Positions 53,072 through 62,459 of a stretch of DNA of 64,000 nucleotides are shown here, one piece after another. A model generated the notes under the pieces. The model had not been told where the DNA came from. It ran no database searches and was given only the letters and a program-made list of their open reading frames with translations. The stretch spans positions 1,137 through 65,136 of the forward strand of contig PLWV01000019.1 of NCBI GenBank assembly GCA_003153155.1, read 5' to 3'. Every line of letters starts with the position of its first letter. Position 1 is the stretch's first letter. The translations under genes were made by a program, and so were the position numbers. The stretch is from Gallionella sp. GTDB lineage: Bacteria; Pseudomonadota; Gammaproteobacteria; Burkholderiales; Gallionellaceae.

Positions 53072-54847
53072 CTATGAATCCAGGTTGACACCCGGAATCT
53101 TGCCCAAATCCACATCGTCTATCTGTTCGGGCGCAAGAAATTGTTTGGCATAGTCGAGATAGACTTTTTCGCGCATGAAGACATCGAACAAATCGGGGTC
53201 GATATGCCCGCCCAGTTTGAACTTGCCGAGAATGGTCAGGGATTCGGTGAGGGTTTTACCTTTTTTGTAAGGTCTATCCTTGGCGGTGAGCGCCTCGAAA
53301 ATATCGGCGATGCCCATGACTCTGGCTTGCACCGACATCTGTTCGCGCGTCAGCCCGCGCGGATAGCCCTTGCCATCCATGCGTTCATGATGCCCGCCGG
53401 CATATTCGGGGACGTTTTTGAGATGTCTGGGCCAGGGCAGCGATTCCAGCATTTTGATGGTGACATCGATGTGATGGTTGATGATTTCGCGTTCCGCCGC
53501 CGTCAATGTGCCGGCGCGTATGGTGAGATTTTCGACTTCATCTTCACTGAGAAAATTGCTCGCCTTTCCATCACCATCGCGCCATTGATAGGTGGCGATC
53601 TGGCGCACACGTTGCTGCGCCTCTGCAGACATTGCCTCGCTGCCGACGTTACAGTGCCGCAGAAATTCACGGTCATCATCGAGTTGCCGGATGCGCTCCG
53701 CGTACTCGGCATGGATAGGTGTGACCGCTTCACTTTTACCCCCTCTGATGGAACTACTAGCCATCTGACTAGGCTGTCCAACAACGACAGCCAAGTCATT
53801 GGTTACCCCACCCTCCCCCTTCAAGGGTGAGGGAGTTGCCGCAATTTCGCGCAGCCCCCGCAAGGGGGACACCGATGGGTGCCCGGCAGCTTCGCTGCCA
53901 CCCTCTCGCAGCATTTCAATTTCGGCATCGCGCTTGAGCACCTCGAAACGCGTGTCCAGCAAATGAATTCGATCGAAGAGAGTATGCAGTTTGGTCGCCT
54001 TATCCACCACATGCACCGGTGTGGTGATCTTGCCGCAGTCATGCAGCAAGCCGGCGATCTTTAATTCGCGCCGATCTTTCTCGGTCATCACAAAATCTTT
54101 GAGCGGGCCTGATGTGGTGCGATTGACCGCTTCGGCCAGCATCATGGTCAGTACCGGCACGCGCTCGCAATGGCCGCCGGTATAAGGAGACTTGTCGTCT
54201 ATCGCGGTATTGATGAGTTGGATGAAGGACTCAAACAACTCTTCCAATTGATCGATGAGATGACGATTAGTCAATGCAATGGCCGCCTGCGAAGCGAGCG
54301 ATTCCAGTAACTGTTGGTCATCCCTTGAGAACGGGACGATCGCGCCGCTTTCCTGATCTTGCGCATTGATCAATTGCAACACCCCGATGACCTCATTCTC
54401 GTGGTTGCGCATCGGCACGGTCAAAAAGGACTGGGAACGATAACCGGTCTTGGCATCAAATTTTTTGGTGCCGGAAAAATCGTAGCCCTCCGCCATATAA
54501 GCATCGGGAATATTCACAGTTTCACCGCTAAGTGCCGAGTGGCTCACCACCATGGCGTGATTGGGCTTGCCAGCAGCATCGTAAAGCTGAATCGGATAAA
54601 AGGTAATCGGTACGCCGCTGGTTCCGCCCATCGCCTTATTCAGCGTATTGTTGCGCAAAATTTCAAAGCGCAACACTCGCTGCTCCTGTTCGTGCAGATA
54701 GAGCGTGCCGGCATCAGCGTGCGTAATGCGCATCGCCGCTACCAGAATGGTTTCCAGCAAGCTGTTGAGATCGCGCTGTTGAGACAGGGCAATGCCAATC
54801 TCATTGAGATCTTTGAGGCGATGCAGAAGGTTGTCAGAAGAATGCAT
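53072..54847 (-). CDS. GAF-HD-GYP c-di-GMP phosphodiesterase with repeat-derived insertion
   Basis: GAF (YRSQSFLTVPM.NH..EVIGVLQLINA), YTGGHCERV, LHDCGK, HHERMDGKGYP. Confidence 0.92.
   Translation of the reverse strand: MHSSDNLLHRLKDLNEIGIALSQQRDLNSLLETILVAAMRITHADAGTLYLHEQEQRVLRFEILRNNTLNKAMGGTSGVPITFYPIQLYDAAGKPNHAMVVSHSALSGETVNIPDAYMAEGYDFSGTKKFDAKTGYRSQSFLTVPMRNHENEVIGVLQLINAQDQESGAIVPFSRDDQQLLESLASQAAIALTNRHLIDQLEELFESFIQLINTAIDDKSPYTGGHCERVPVLTMMLAEAVNRTTSGPLKDFVMTEKDRRELKIAGLLHDCGKITTPVHVVDKATKLHTLFDRIHLLDTRFEVLKRDAEIEMLREGGSEAAGHPSVSPLRGLREIAATPSPLKGEGGVTNDLAVVVGQPSQMASSSIRGGKSEAVTPIHAEYAERIRQLDDDREFLRHCNVGSEAMSAEAQQRVRQIATYQWRDGDGKASNFLSEDEVENLTIRAGTLTAAEREIINHHIDVTIKMLESLPWPRHLKNVPEYAGGHHERMDGKGYPRGLTREQMSVQARVMGIADIFEALTAKDRPYKKGKTLTESLTILGKFKLGGHIDPDLFDVFMREKVYLDYAKQFLAPEQIDDVDLGKIPGVNLDS
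53746..53805 (+). mobile_element. 60-bp element, copy h (in frame, antisense within the HD-GYP gene)
   Basis: TGATGGAACTAC-TAGCCATCTGACTAGGCTGTC-CAACAAC-GACAGCCAAGTCATTGGTTA in a family-1 REP. Confidence 0.85.
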
Positions 54848-54853
54848 GGGGTA

Positions 54854-54945
54854 GTCGTTGGTCGTTGGTCGTTGGTCGTTGGTCGTTGGTCGTTGGTCGG
54901 TTTGGGTTTGAATTAACTAGCGACTAACGACTAGCAGCTAATAAC
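54854..54945. repeat. Inverted pair of heptamer tandem repeats (GTCGTTG x6 / CTAACGA-like)
   Basis: Seen directly between the ATPase and HD-GYP genes. Confidence 0.8.
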
Positions 54946-54947
54946 TA

Positions 54948-57356
54948 TTACTTGATACAAACTGCGCGTACCTGATGCATATCGGTAACGCCCTGCAGCA
55001 CCTTCTCCATGCCGTCTTGCTTCAACGTGTGCATCCCTTCGTCCAGCGCGATAGCCAATAACTCGGCAACCCGTGCATGTTCCTGAATGGCCCTCTTGAC
55101 AGGGTCGGTACCAATCAGCAATTCATGCAAGCCCACTCTCCCACGATAGCCGGTGCCGGAACATTTTTCACATCCAACCGGTCCATAGATCGTAAATTGT
55201 CCTTTGTCATCGGCAAACAACTTCCGCCACTCGGCATACAGAGCCTTCATCGCAGCAGCCGGATCTTTCTTCCAGGTCACGGTATTGACCAGTTCGGCGC
55301 TGTACTCATCCAGCATCGCTTTTATTTCATCGGCGGTTGCGGTATGCGGTTTCTTGCAATCGGCACATAAGCGTTTTGCCAAACGCTGCGCCAAAATGCC
55401 GAGCAGCGCATCGGCAAAGTTGAACGGATCCATACCCATATCCAGCAAGCGAATGATGGATTCCGGCGCGCTGTTGGTGTGCAGGGTGGCGAACACCAAG
55501 TGACCAGTCAGCGAGGCTTCGATACCGATGGACACGGTTTCCTTGTCGCGCATTTCACCGACCATAATCACGTCCGGATCGGCACGCAGAAAGGCGCGCA
55601 TGATGGTGGGAAAATCCAGCCCGGCCTTTTTGTTGATCTGCACTTGGCGCAGCCCCTTCTGGGTAATTTCCACCGGATCTTCGACGGTCCAGATCTTGGT
55701 GTCCGGCTTGTTGATGTATTTGAGGACGGAGTGCAGCGTGGTGGTTTTACCGGAACCGGTCGGACCGCACACGAAGAACAGCCCGTATGGCTTGCTGACC
55801 GTAGCTTTGACCAACTCTGAATTGCGCGCGGAGAAGCCCATCTTTTCCAATGGCAATGGCTCACCGGAGGCCAGAATACGCATCACCACATCTTCCACGC
55901 CGCCCTGCGAAGGAATGGTCGCCACACGCAGCTCGATATCCAGCGGGCCGAATTTCTTGAACTTGATCTTGCCGTCCTGCGGTTTGCGCTTCTCGGAAAT
56001 ATCCAGGTCGCACATGATCTTGATACGGGTGATCAGTGCGTTGCGATAAGTTGACGGCACTTCGATGTAGTTCATCAATGAACCGTCTTTGCGCACCCGA
56101 ATCTGCGTCTTGGCTTTGCCCGGTCCCGGTTCGATATGAATATCCGACGCGCCCATCCGGTAAGCATCTACGATGACCTTGTTGACCAGCTTGACCAATT
56201 CATTATCGGCGGCGGCGCTGACGTCCTCCTGGCTGACACCGGAGATTTCTTCTTCTTCTCCACCCAGGCTAGTCAACAAATCATCCATGGACGATTCATC
56301 GACTACCATGCCACCGCTACCATCTGAAACAGCGCCGCCACCATAAAACAAATCCAGGGTTTGCTTGAATTCGCGTTGCGAGCAAACCTTATAGACCAGC
56401 CGACTCTTGGAAAAAATGTTATTGACCACCCGCGAAGCCTGAATCCGCTCCGGATCAGTGGTCAAAATCATCAGCCCCTCCTGGGTTTCCTCGATTGGAA
56501 TCCAATGACTGCTTTCTACATACTCGCGTCTCAGGTTTTTCAACAACTCGGTAGGCTTGAGGCGATCGCTCCGGTATGGTTCGTAAGGGACTCCAAAAAA
56601 GCTGGACAGCGCCTTGCCCAAGGCGGCGACACTGACTTGAAATTCGTCTAGCAGCACCTCTTCGATGTCTATGCCCTTGCGCCGCGCGGTGCGCGTCGCC
56701 AATTCGAATTCCGCAGCAGAAAGTACCGCATCGGCAACCAGATAGTCATACTTGGTCTTGGTCGTGCTGCTTTGCTGACGCTGATGCTGGCGCAACGCCA
56801 CCGCCATGGTCTGCGCCAGTTCCTGCACGCCTTCTTCGATCATCGCCGCAAAAGGGACACCAGCCTTGTTATTGATGACCTGGATGACACCAACCAGATC
56901 GCCACTGGCTGCATCCAGAATCGGAGCGACCAGCATTTGCTTGGTACGGTATCCGGTGCGCTTGTCTACTTCCTTAAAAAAACGCAGATGCGCGCTGTAC
57001 TGCGCCAACTCTTTTTCATCGTAAACATCCTTGATGTTAAGCAGTTTTTTATGCATTGCCGCATAACCGGCAACGCTTTGCTCAGCGATGGGTAACTTGA
57101 GATCTTTGAAAGAATTGAGCCCGGTCTTGACCTTGGAAATAAGTGAGATATTGTCTTCACCCACGACATAGATGGTCAGCCGATCCGCATTGAACAGCGC
57201 GCAGATGTCCTTGCTGACCTCCAGCATGATTTCATCAACGTTACCGGTGGCGTGTATCTTATTGTTGACGTGATTGAGATTCTTGGTGAATTCGAGCCTG
57301 AGGCTCATATCACCGACATTGTTTGCTGCGCTATTGGTCGCCATTACTGTACTCAT
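54948..57356 (-). CDS. GAF-fused PilB/GspE-family secretion ATPase
   Basis: N-terminal GAF (GYRTKQMLVAPI...GVIQVINNK), Walker A GPTGSGKTTT, TVEDPVE, LRADPDVIMVGEMRD, TLHTN, Cys motifs CADC and CEKC. Confidence 0.92.
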   Translation of the reverse strand: MSTVMATNSAANNVGDMSLRLEFTKNLNHVNNKIHATGNVDEIMLEVSKDICALFNADRLTIYVVGEDNISLISKVKTGLNSFKDLKLPIAEQSVAGYAAMHKKLLNIKDVYDEKELAQYSAHLRFFKEVDKRTGYRTKQMLVAPILDAASGDLVGVIQVINNKAGVPFAAMIEEGVQELAQTMAVALRQHQRQQSSTTKTKYDYLVADAVLSAAEFELATRTARRKGIDIEEVLLDEFQVSVAALGKALSSFFGVPYEPYRSDRLKPTELLKNLRREYVESSHWIPIEETQEGLMILTTDPERIQASRVVNNIFSKSRLVYKVCSQREFKQTLDLFYGGGAVSDGSGGMVVDESSMDDLLTSLGGEEEEISGVSQEDVSAAADNELVKLVNKVIVDAYRMGASDIHIEPGPGKAKTQIRVRKDGSLMNYIEVPSTYRNALITRIKIMCDLDISEKRKPQDGKIKFKKFGPLDIELRVATIPSQGGVEDVVMRILASGEPLPLEKMGFSARNSELVKATVSKPYGLFFVCGPTGSGKTTTLHSVLKYINKPDTKIWTVEDPVEITQKGLRQVQINKKAGLDFPTIMRAFLRADPDVIMVGEMRDKETVSIGIEASLTGHLVFATLHTNSAPESIIRLLDMGMDPFNFADALLGILAQRLAKRLCADCKKPHTATADEIKAMLDEYSAELVNTVTWKKDPAAAMKALYAEWRKLFADDKGQFTIYGPVGCEKCSGTGYRGRVGLHELLIGTDPVKRAIQEHARVAELLAIALDEGMHTLKQDGMEKVLQGVTDMHQVRAVCIK

Positions 57357-57466
57357 TCCACTCCCTCGCCCGTCTCTTTAGGCTGCTGTTGTGCCGACCT
57401 CGGCATCAACCATGGTCCATATCCAACCAGAATTTTGATGTCGGGTGTGTAACTCATCGCCTACTC

Positions 57467-58231
57467 TTAAAGCTCGAATTCTTGATTGTTCAACAACATC
57501 TTGGGACTCAGCCCACGCACACAATCTTCTATCTCCTGCATGATCAACTCCATCTCACCCGGTTTGAGATGAGTGATGAATACTTCTGCATCGCGCTTAT
57601 ATTTGAGCAACTCTCCAGCGAGCATACTGGTGCACAGATGCTTGGAAAGTACCGCTAAATCCTTTTCTCTGTTTGAAAATGCCGTCTCGATGATGAGGTA
57701 ACGCAAATTCTCAATTTTGTTGACCACCTTCCATAACGCATCATTAGTGGTGGTGTCCCCGCTAAAAACCAGGCTCGCCTTACCACTGTCCAAATGATAG
57801 CCAACCGCAGGCACAACATGATTGGCGGGGACAGAGGTTATCTTGCGCCCATTCAGGACAACAGTCTCGCCCAGCTCCATCGACTGGTAACGCAGGTAAG
57901 GTTGCCGAGCATTGGGAATCTCGCTGAAATCCGGCCATATTTTCCAATTGAAAATATGTTGTTTGAGGATGTCCAGCGTCTCCTCGCTTGCATAAACAGT
58001 CAATGGGCGATCACGCATGAACCCAGCACTGTCCAACATAAATGGAATGCAGGTGATATGATCAAGGTGAGAATGGGTAACGAAAACATGATCAATCATA
58101 GCAAGTTCTGTCAGGCTGAGTTCACCCACCCCGGTACCGGCATCAATCAGCACGTCATGATCGAGCAGGAACGAAGTGGTGCGCAGATTGCCACCGATTC
58201 CACCACTGCATCCCAATACTCTGAGTTTCAT
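57467..58231 (-). CDS. Metallo-beta-lactamase-fold 3',5'-cyclic-nucleotide phosphodiesterase (class II-like)
   Basis: LRVLGCSGGIG, LIDAGTG, THSHLDHI, NHVVPAVGY, FSGDT. Confidence 0.85.
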   Translation of the reverse strand: MKLRVLGCSGGIGGNLRTTSFLLDHDVLIDAGTGVGELSLTELAMIDHVFVTHSHLDHITCIPFMLDSAGFMRDRPLTVYASEETLDILKQHIFNWKIWPDFSEIPNARQPYLRYQSMELGETVVLNGRKITSVPANHVVPAVGYHLDSGKASLVFSGDTTTNDALWKVVNKIENLRYLIIETAFSNREKDLAVLSKHLCTSMLAGELLKYKRDAEVFITHLKPGEMELIMQEIEDCVRGLSPKMLLNNQEFEL

Positions 58232-58263
58232 TTTGTCCCGTGTATCCTGATAAATTAATCGGG

Positions 58264-60486
58264 TTACTTGGTCTGGAAATCGAACACGCCATCCCAATCC
58301 GCATTCGGTGGATTTTTACGGAAGAAAGCAACGCGCTCCGCGTATTTTCCATACAGGGCAGTACCCGGCGACATGCGCTGCAAATTCATCAGTTGCAATT
58401 CTGCCTGATCCCAATCCTGCTTGCGATACAGGCGACGCACTTCATGGAACAACTTGACTTCGTCCTGAAGTGCTTTGCTCGCCTCACTGACCAATGCTAT
58501 CGGTTCGTAAATCGCCACGGGCCTATCTTTACCTTTTACCCGCACGTGGTCAAGTTCGCGATATAAAAAGTCCGTCACGAGGTTCTGGGTATTCTCACCG
58601 ACGATGATGCCCACCCCGTATTGCTTGGTGATACCTTCCAGACGTGATGCCAGGTTCACTTCATCGCCCATCACCGTGTAGGCAACACGCACTTCTGAAC
58701 CCATGTTGCCCACACTGACGCGCCCGGTATTGATGCCCACACCAACGTGAATTCCCGGCCAACCGCGTTCCTTGAAGTGTGGCTGCAATGCTTGCAAAGT
58801 CGCCTGCATCTCGATACCCGCCAGTATGGCGTTGCGGGCATGATCCCTGTCCGGCAGAGGTGCCCCCCAAAATGCCATGATGCAGTCGCCCATATACTTG
58901 TCTATCGTGCCGCGGTGTTTATAGATAACGCGCGACAAGGGGGTCAAAAACTCATTCATCAACAGGGATAATTCTTTTGGATCCAAGCCCTCTGAGATGG
59001 TGGTAAAGCCACGCACATCTGAAAACAGAATGGTCATTTCACGGCTTTCACCTACCATGGACACGCTTTCCGGATGTTTCGCCATTTCCTCAACCAGTTC
59101 GCTCGGCACATATTGCCCGAACAGTCCGGTAATCTGCCGCTTGGTACGCGACTCGACGAAGTAACCGTAAGACATATCCAAGGCGAATAACAAAGCGATC
59201 ATTAACAGACTGTTCGCCACTGGCATCAATACATTCCCGTACTGCCAAGCAACCAAACTCAGCCCTGTCGTTGTGATGAGTGTAAAAACCGAGGCGAGAA
59301 TCGCTTTGGCCGGAGTGAATAACGGCAACAAAAAGCTCAAAGCAATGCCGATCAACAACAGCCAAACCACTTCCGCACCCAGCATATAAGCAGGTCGCTC
59401 TTTCAAATTTTGATCGAGAATACCGGAAATCATGTTGGCGTGGACTTCCACCCCCGGGTAAACCTCCGACACCGGTGTGGCGCGCATATCCAACAACCCG
59501 GGAGCGGTTGTGCCCACCAGAATGATCTTGTCTTTCAGTTGTGCAGGATCAACGCGTTCGTGCAGCACATCGGTTATCGAAATATAACGAAAACTCCCCT
59601 GTCCACCGCGGTACGGCACAAAAGTTGCCACATCACTGTCGACCGGGATTTTTAGCCTGCCTCCGGCCGCATCCAGCTCCAACCACTCCAAACCGGCATA
59701 CCCGCCGGTCTTGGCCTCGGCAAAGCCGGGTAACAATTTGGTTTGGCCCAGCAAGGTGCGAACCATCGCAAGAGATAAAGACTCATAATATGCGCCGTCG
59801 TATTCTACGAGCATGGGCACACGGCGTACCCGGCCATCAAAGTCCACCAAAGGATTGAAGTGACCCGCGCTGGCGGCGGCTTGTTGCAACTCGGGGAGAT
59901 TGGCCCCGTAGCCATTCCAAGTTGTGAACTCTACCGAATGTCCCTTGAAGGAGCCAGATGGGAAGGTCGGCTCGGGAAGCATCCCGGAAGCACGCTGGTC
60001 TTTTTGATTGGTTAGATAATACCCCAACACCACATTGCGATTTTTGATCTTGCTGGCAAACAGGTTGTCGTACTCGAGTTGCGGTCGGATTTGGCTGAGC
60101 GTCGATTGAAACGACATATCGCCCTTGAGTTGATTTTGCCCGAGCTTCTGCAACACCTTTAGCCCTGAACTCTCATCCCTCTCGGCAAAAACGACGTCAA
60201 AGCCCACCACCGCGACGCCATATTTATCGAACAGCTTGTCCATCAACATGGCCAAGCGGTCCCGCCCCCATGGCCAGCGCCCTTCTTCCTTCAGGCTTTT
60301 TTCGTCTATATCGATGATAACGATACGATCATCCAGCGTGCGCGGCATGGTCAACCGCAACCGATAATCGTGAATAATGGAAGACAGCTGCTCGACAAAA
60401 TCCAGTCTGTAAAAACGGGCGGCGCTACCGACAAAAAACAAGACTATCAGCAGCCCAAGCCCAATCAAGATTGCGTTTTTTTTCAC
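58264..60486 (-). CDS. CHASE2-domain class III adenylate/guanylate cyclase
   Basis: DIDEKSL..EGRWPW.R (CHASE2); FSDVRGFT, DKYMGDCIMAFW, YTVMGDEVNLASRLE. The K...T pattern suggests ATP specificity. Confidence 0.93.
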   Translation of the reverse strand: MKKNAILIGLGLLIVLFFVGSAARFYRLDFVEQLSSIIHDYRLRLTMPRTLDDRIVIIDIDEKSLKEEGRWPWGRDRLAMLMDKLFDKYGVAVVGFDVVFAERDESSGLKVLQKLGQNQLKGDMSFQSTLSQIRPQLEYDNLFASKIKNRNVVLGYYLTNQKDQRASGMLPEPTFPSGSFKGHSVEFTTWNGYGANLPELQQAAASAGHFNPLVDFDGRVRRVPMLVEYDGAYYESLSLAMVRTLLGQTKLLPGFAEAKTGGYAGLEWLELDAAGGRLKIPVDSDVATFVPYRGGQGSFRYISITDVLHERVDPAQLKDKIILVGTTAPGLLDMRATPVSEVYPGVEVHANMISGILDQNLKERPAYMLGAEVVWLLLIGIALSFLLPLFTPAKAILASVFTLITTTGLSLVAWQYGNVLMPVANSLLMIALLFALDMSYGYFVESRTKRQITGLFGQYVPSELVEEMAKHPESVSMVGESREMTILFSDVRGFTTISEGLDPKELSLLMNEFLTPLSRVIYKHRGTIDKYMGDCIMAFWGAPLPDRDHARNAILAGIEMQATLQALQPHFKERGWPGIHVGVGINTGRVSVGNMGSEVRVAYTVMGDEVNLASRLEGITKQYGVGIIVGENTQNLVTDFLYRELDHVRVKGKDRPVAIYEPIALVSEASKALQDEVKLFHEVRRLYRKQDWDQAELQLMNLQRMSPGTALYGKYAERVAFFRKNPPNADWDGVFDFQTK

Positions 60487-60498
60487 GACGCTTAACTA

Positions 60499-60607
60499 GA
60501 GGACGGAAGACAGAGGACGGAGGACGGATTTTGTGTGCCGCCACACGGCACGTTCATTGAAGACGCGGCGCAGTCGCGACAACACCTCTGTCTTCTGTCC
60601 TCTGTCC
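60499..60607. repeat. Inverted pair of heptamer tandem repeats (GAGGACG / CTGTCCT)
   Basis: gaggacg-gaagaca-gaggacg-gaggacg against ctctgtc-ttctgtc-ctctgtc. Confidence 0.75.
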
Positions 60608-60611
60608 ACCG

Positions 60612-61463
60612 CTATCCCTTGAAATAGAATTCCATCTTGACCCCAGCCAACTCAATCACATCGTGCTCATTCAGCTGATGCGCCTGATTAGTCAGTGCCT
60701 GACCATTCACCAACGGGAAATTTTCCCCTTCGACATGGGTGATGAAGAAACCCTGCGGACGACGGGTCAGTACTGCCACCTGCATGCCCGGCTTACCTAA
60801 AGTGGTGAGGTTTTTTACCAACTCGAGTTCCTTCCCGGCATTAGGCCCAGTCAAAACTTGCACCACAGCGACCTGTTTTGGAGCACCAGCTTGCGGAGCA
60901 GCCGCAGAAGCAGAAACAGCTGGCTTTGCCGGCTGTGCTGGCTTTGCTGGCGCAGCAGCTTGGGCAGGAGCAGCCGGAACCGTCGGCTGGTGCGCTTCGA
61001 ACTTGCCGGTCATTTCTACCGCCTCTTCATGTGTCGGTTTAATACCGGCTTGCGTTTGCATAAAACCGTGCATCTCCGCCGGTTTGTTCGCAGTTGGGGC
61101 TGGAGTCGCCTGCTTAACGGGCGCACGCAGAACCATAGTCTTTTCAAAGTCAGCCGGACTGGTTTGGGTGACTTGGTCGTTGATGTATTTCAGCTTGTAT
61201 TTGCCGATTTCGATTACATCATTGTTTTGCAGGAAGTGCTTTTTAGTCGGTTTCCCATTCACTTCCAGCCCGTTGGTACTATCCATGTCCTCGAGAAAGG
61301 AATCGTGCAGGATGGTGACGATCGCAGCATGCTCACCGCTCACCGCCAAGTTGTCGATGGCGATGTCGTTGTGTGCCTTGCGCCCGATGGTCATGCGCTC
61401 TTTGTTAAGGGGATATTCTTTAATTATCGCCCCATCCATGCTGAGTATCAATTTTGCAGCCAT
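60612..61463 (-). CDS. Double FHA-domain protein
   Basis: TIGRKAHNDI.I...VSGEHA...DMDSTNG, Ala/Pro linker, second FHA-like domain. Confidence 0.9.
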   Translation of the reverse strand: MAAKLILSMDGAIIKEYPLNKERMTIGRKAHNDIAIDNLAVSGEHAAIVTILHDSFLEDMDSTNGLEVNGKPTKKHFLQNNDVIEIGKYKLKYINDQVTQTSPADFEKTMVLRAPVKQATPAPTANKPAEMHGFMQTQAGIKPTHEEAVEMTGKFEAHQPTVPAAPAQAAAPAKPAQPAKPAVSASAAAPQAGAPKQVAVVQVLTGPNAGKELELVKNLTTLGKPGMQVAVLTRRPQGFFITHVEGENFPLVNGQALTNQAHQLNEHDVIELAGVKMEFYFKG

Positions 61464-61484
61464 AGTCGTAACCCTCGTACTAAA

Positions 61485-62450
61485 TTATTTCTCAAACCAA
61501 CTGAGCAGTTTAGCCGGCCAACCACGCGGCACGGCAAATTTGCCCTTTACCTTCACCAGTATCACCGAAACATTATCGCGGCCGCCATTATCGTTCGCCA
61601 TCTGTATCAACTGACTTGCCGCAAGCGGCAAATTACTCTGCAACGCATAAAGCGTGGACTGAATATCCTCATCCTCCACCATGTCGTTCAAACCGTCCGA
61701 ACACAGCAGGTAAATATCCCCGAGCAACACGTCATACACATGAATTTCTGCCTCAACATCGGCATCAATCCCGACCGCGCGCGTCACCAAATTTTTGTTC
61801 TTGGACAAGCGCGCATCTTCAACGCTGATCATTCCCCTATCAATCTGCTCCTGTAGCAGGGAATGATCTCGGGTGATCGTTTCCAGCACTTCGCCGCGCA
61901 ATCGGTACATGCGCGAATCACCCACATGTCCAACCGCCACGCGATTATCATAAAACAGTCCGGAGACGATGGTCGTTCCCATCCCGGCATACTGCGGCTG
62001 ACTTTGCGCAGCATGAAAAATAGAGGCATTGGCCTTCTGAATGTTGTCGCGCAACAGCGACACGCCCAGCTCCTCGCCGTTTTTCAGCCCTCTCCTCAAT
62101 CCTCCCCCCAAGGGGGATGAGGCGATCGTCCTTTCCCCCTCGGGGGAAAGGTTATAACCAGCGACTTGGCTATCGTCCTTTGATAGCTTGGTCGAATGGC
62201 TAGTAGTTTTATCAGGATGAGGGTATACGCGTTCCACCGGGCTGGCGTTCAGCAAACGGTGACTGACTTCCGTCACGACCACCGAAACAGCAATGCCGCT
62301 AGCCACCTCGCCCGCATTGTACCCCCCCATGCCGTCAGCCAACACCACCAAGCCACAGGCAGGCTCACACGCCACACTATCCTCATTGTGCGAGCGCACC
62401 ATGCCGGGGTGGGTCTGGCTGAATATTTCCAACGCCTCCGTAATCTTCAT
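61485..62450 (-). CDS. PP2C-family Ser/Thr phosphatase with repeat-derived insertion
   Basis: THPGMVRSHNED, LADGMGGYNAGEVAS, GMGTT, HVGDSR.Y, LCSDGL, GGRDNVS. Confidence 0.93.
   Translation of the reverse strand: MKITEALEIFSQTHPGMVRSHNEDSVACEPACGLVVLADGMGGYNAGEVASGIAVSVVVTEVSHRLLNASPVERVYPHPDKTTSHSTKLSKDDSQVAGYNLSPEGERTIASSPLGGGLRRGLKNGEELGVSLLRDNIQKANASIFHAAQSQPQYAGMGTTIVSGLFYDNRVAVGHVGDSRMYRLRGEVLETITRDHSLLQEQIDRGMISVEDARLSKNKNLVTRAVGIDADVEAEIHVYDVLLGDIYLLCSDGLNDMVEDEDIQSTLYALQSNLPLAASQLIQMANDNGGRDNVSVILVKVKGKFAVPRGWPAKLLSWFEK
62155..62214 (-). mobile_element. 60-bp element, copy i (in frame in PP2C)
   Basis: TGATAAAACTAC-TAGCCATTCGACCAAGCTATC-AAAGGAC-GATAGCCAAGTCGCTGGTTA, splitting ATCC^TAACC; encodes DKTTSHSTKLSKDDSQVAGY. 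Confidence 0.85.
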
Positions 62451-62459
62451 GTATACCCC

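Noticed and set aside
53746-53806. Group II intron remnant (AY 3' end)
   Set aside because: No GUGYG start and no domain V; the terminal pyrimidine can equally be assigned to the host site.
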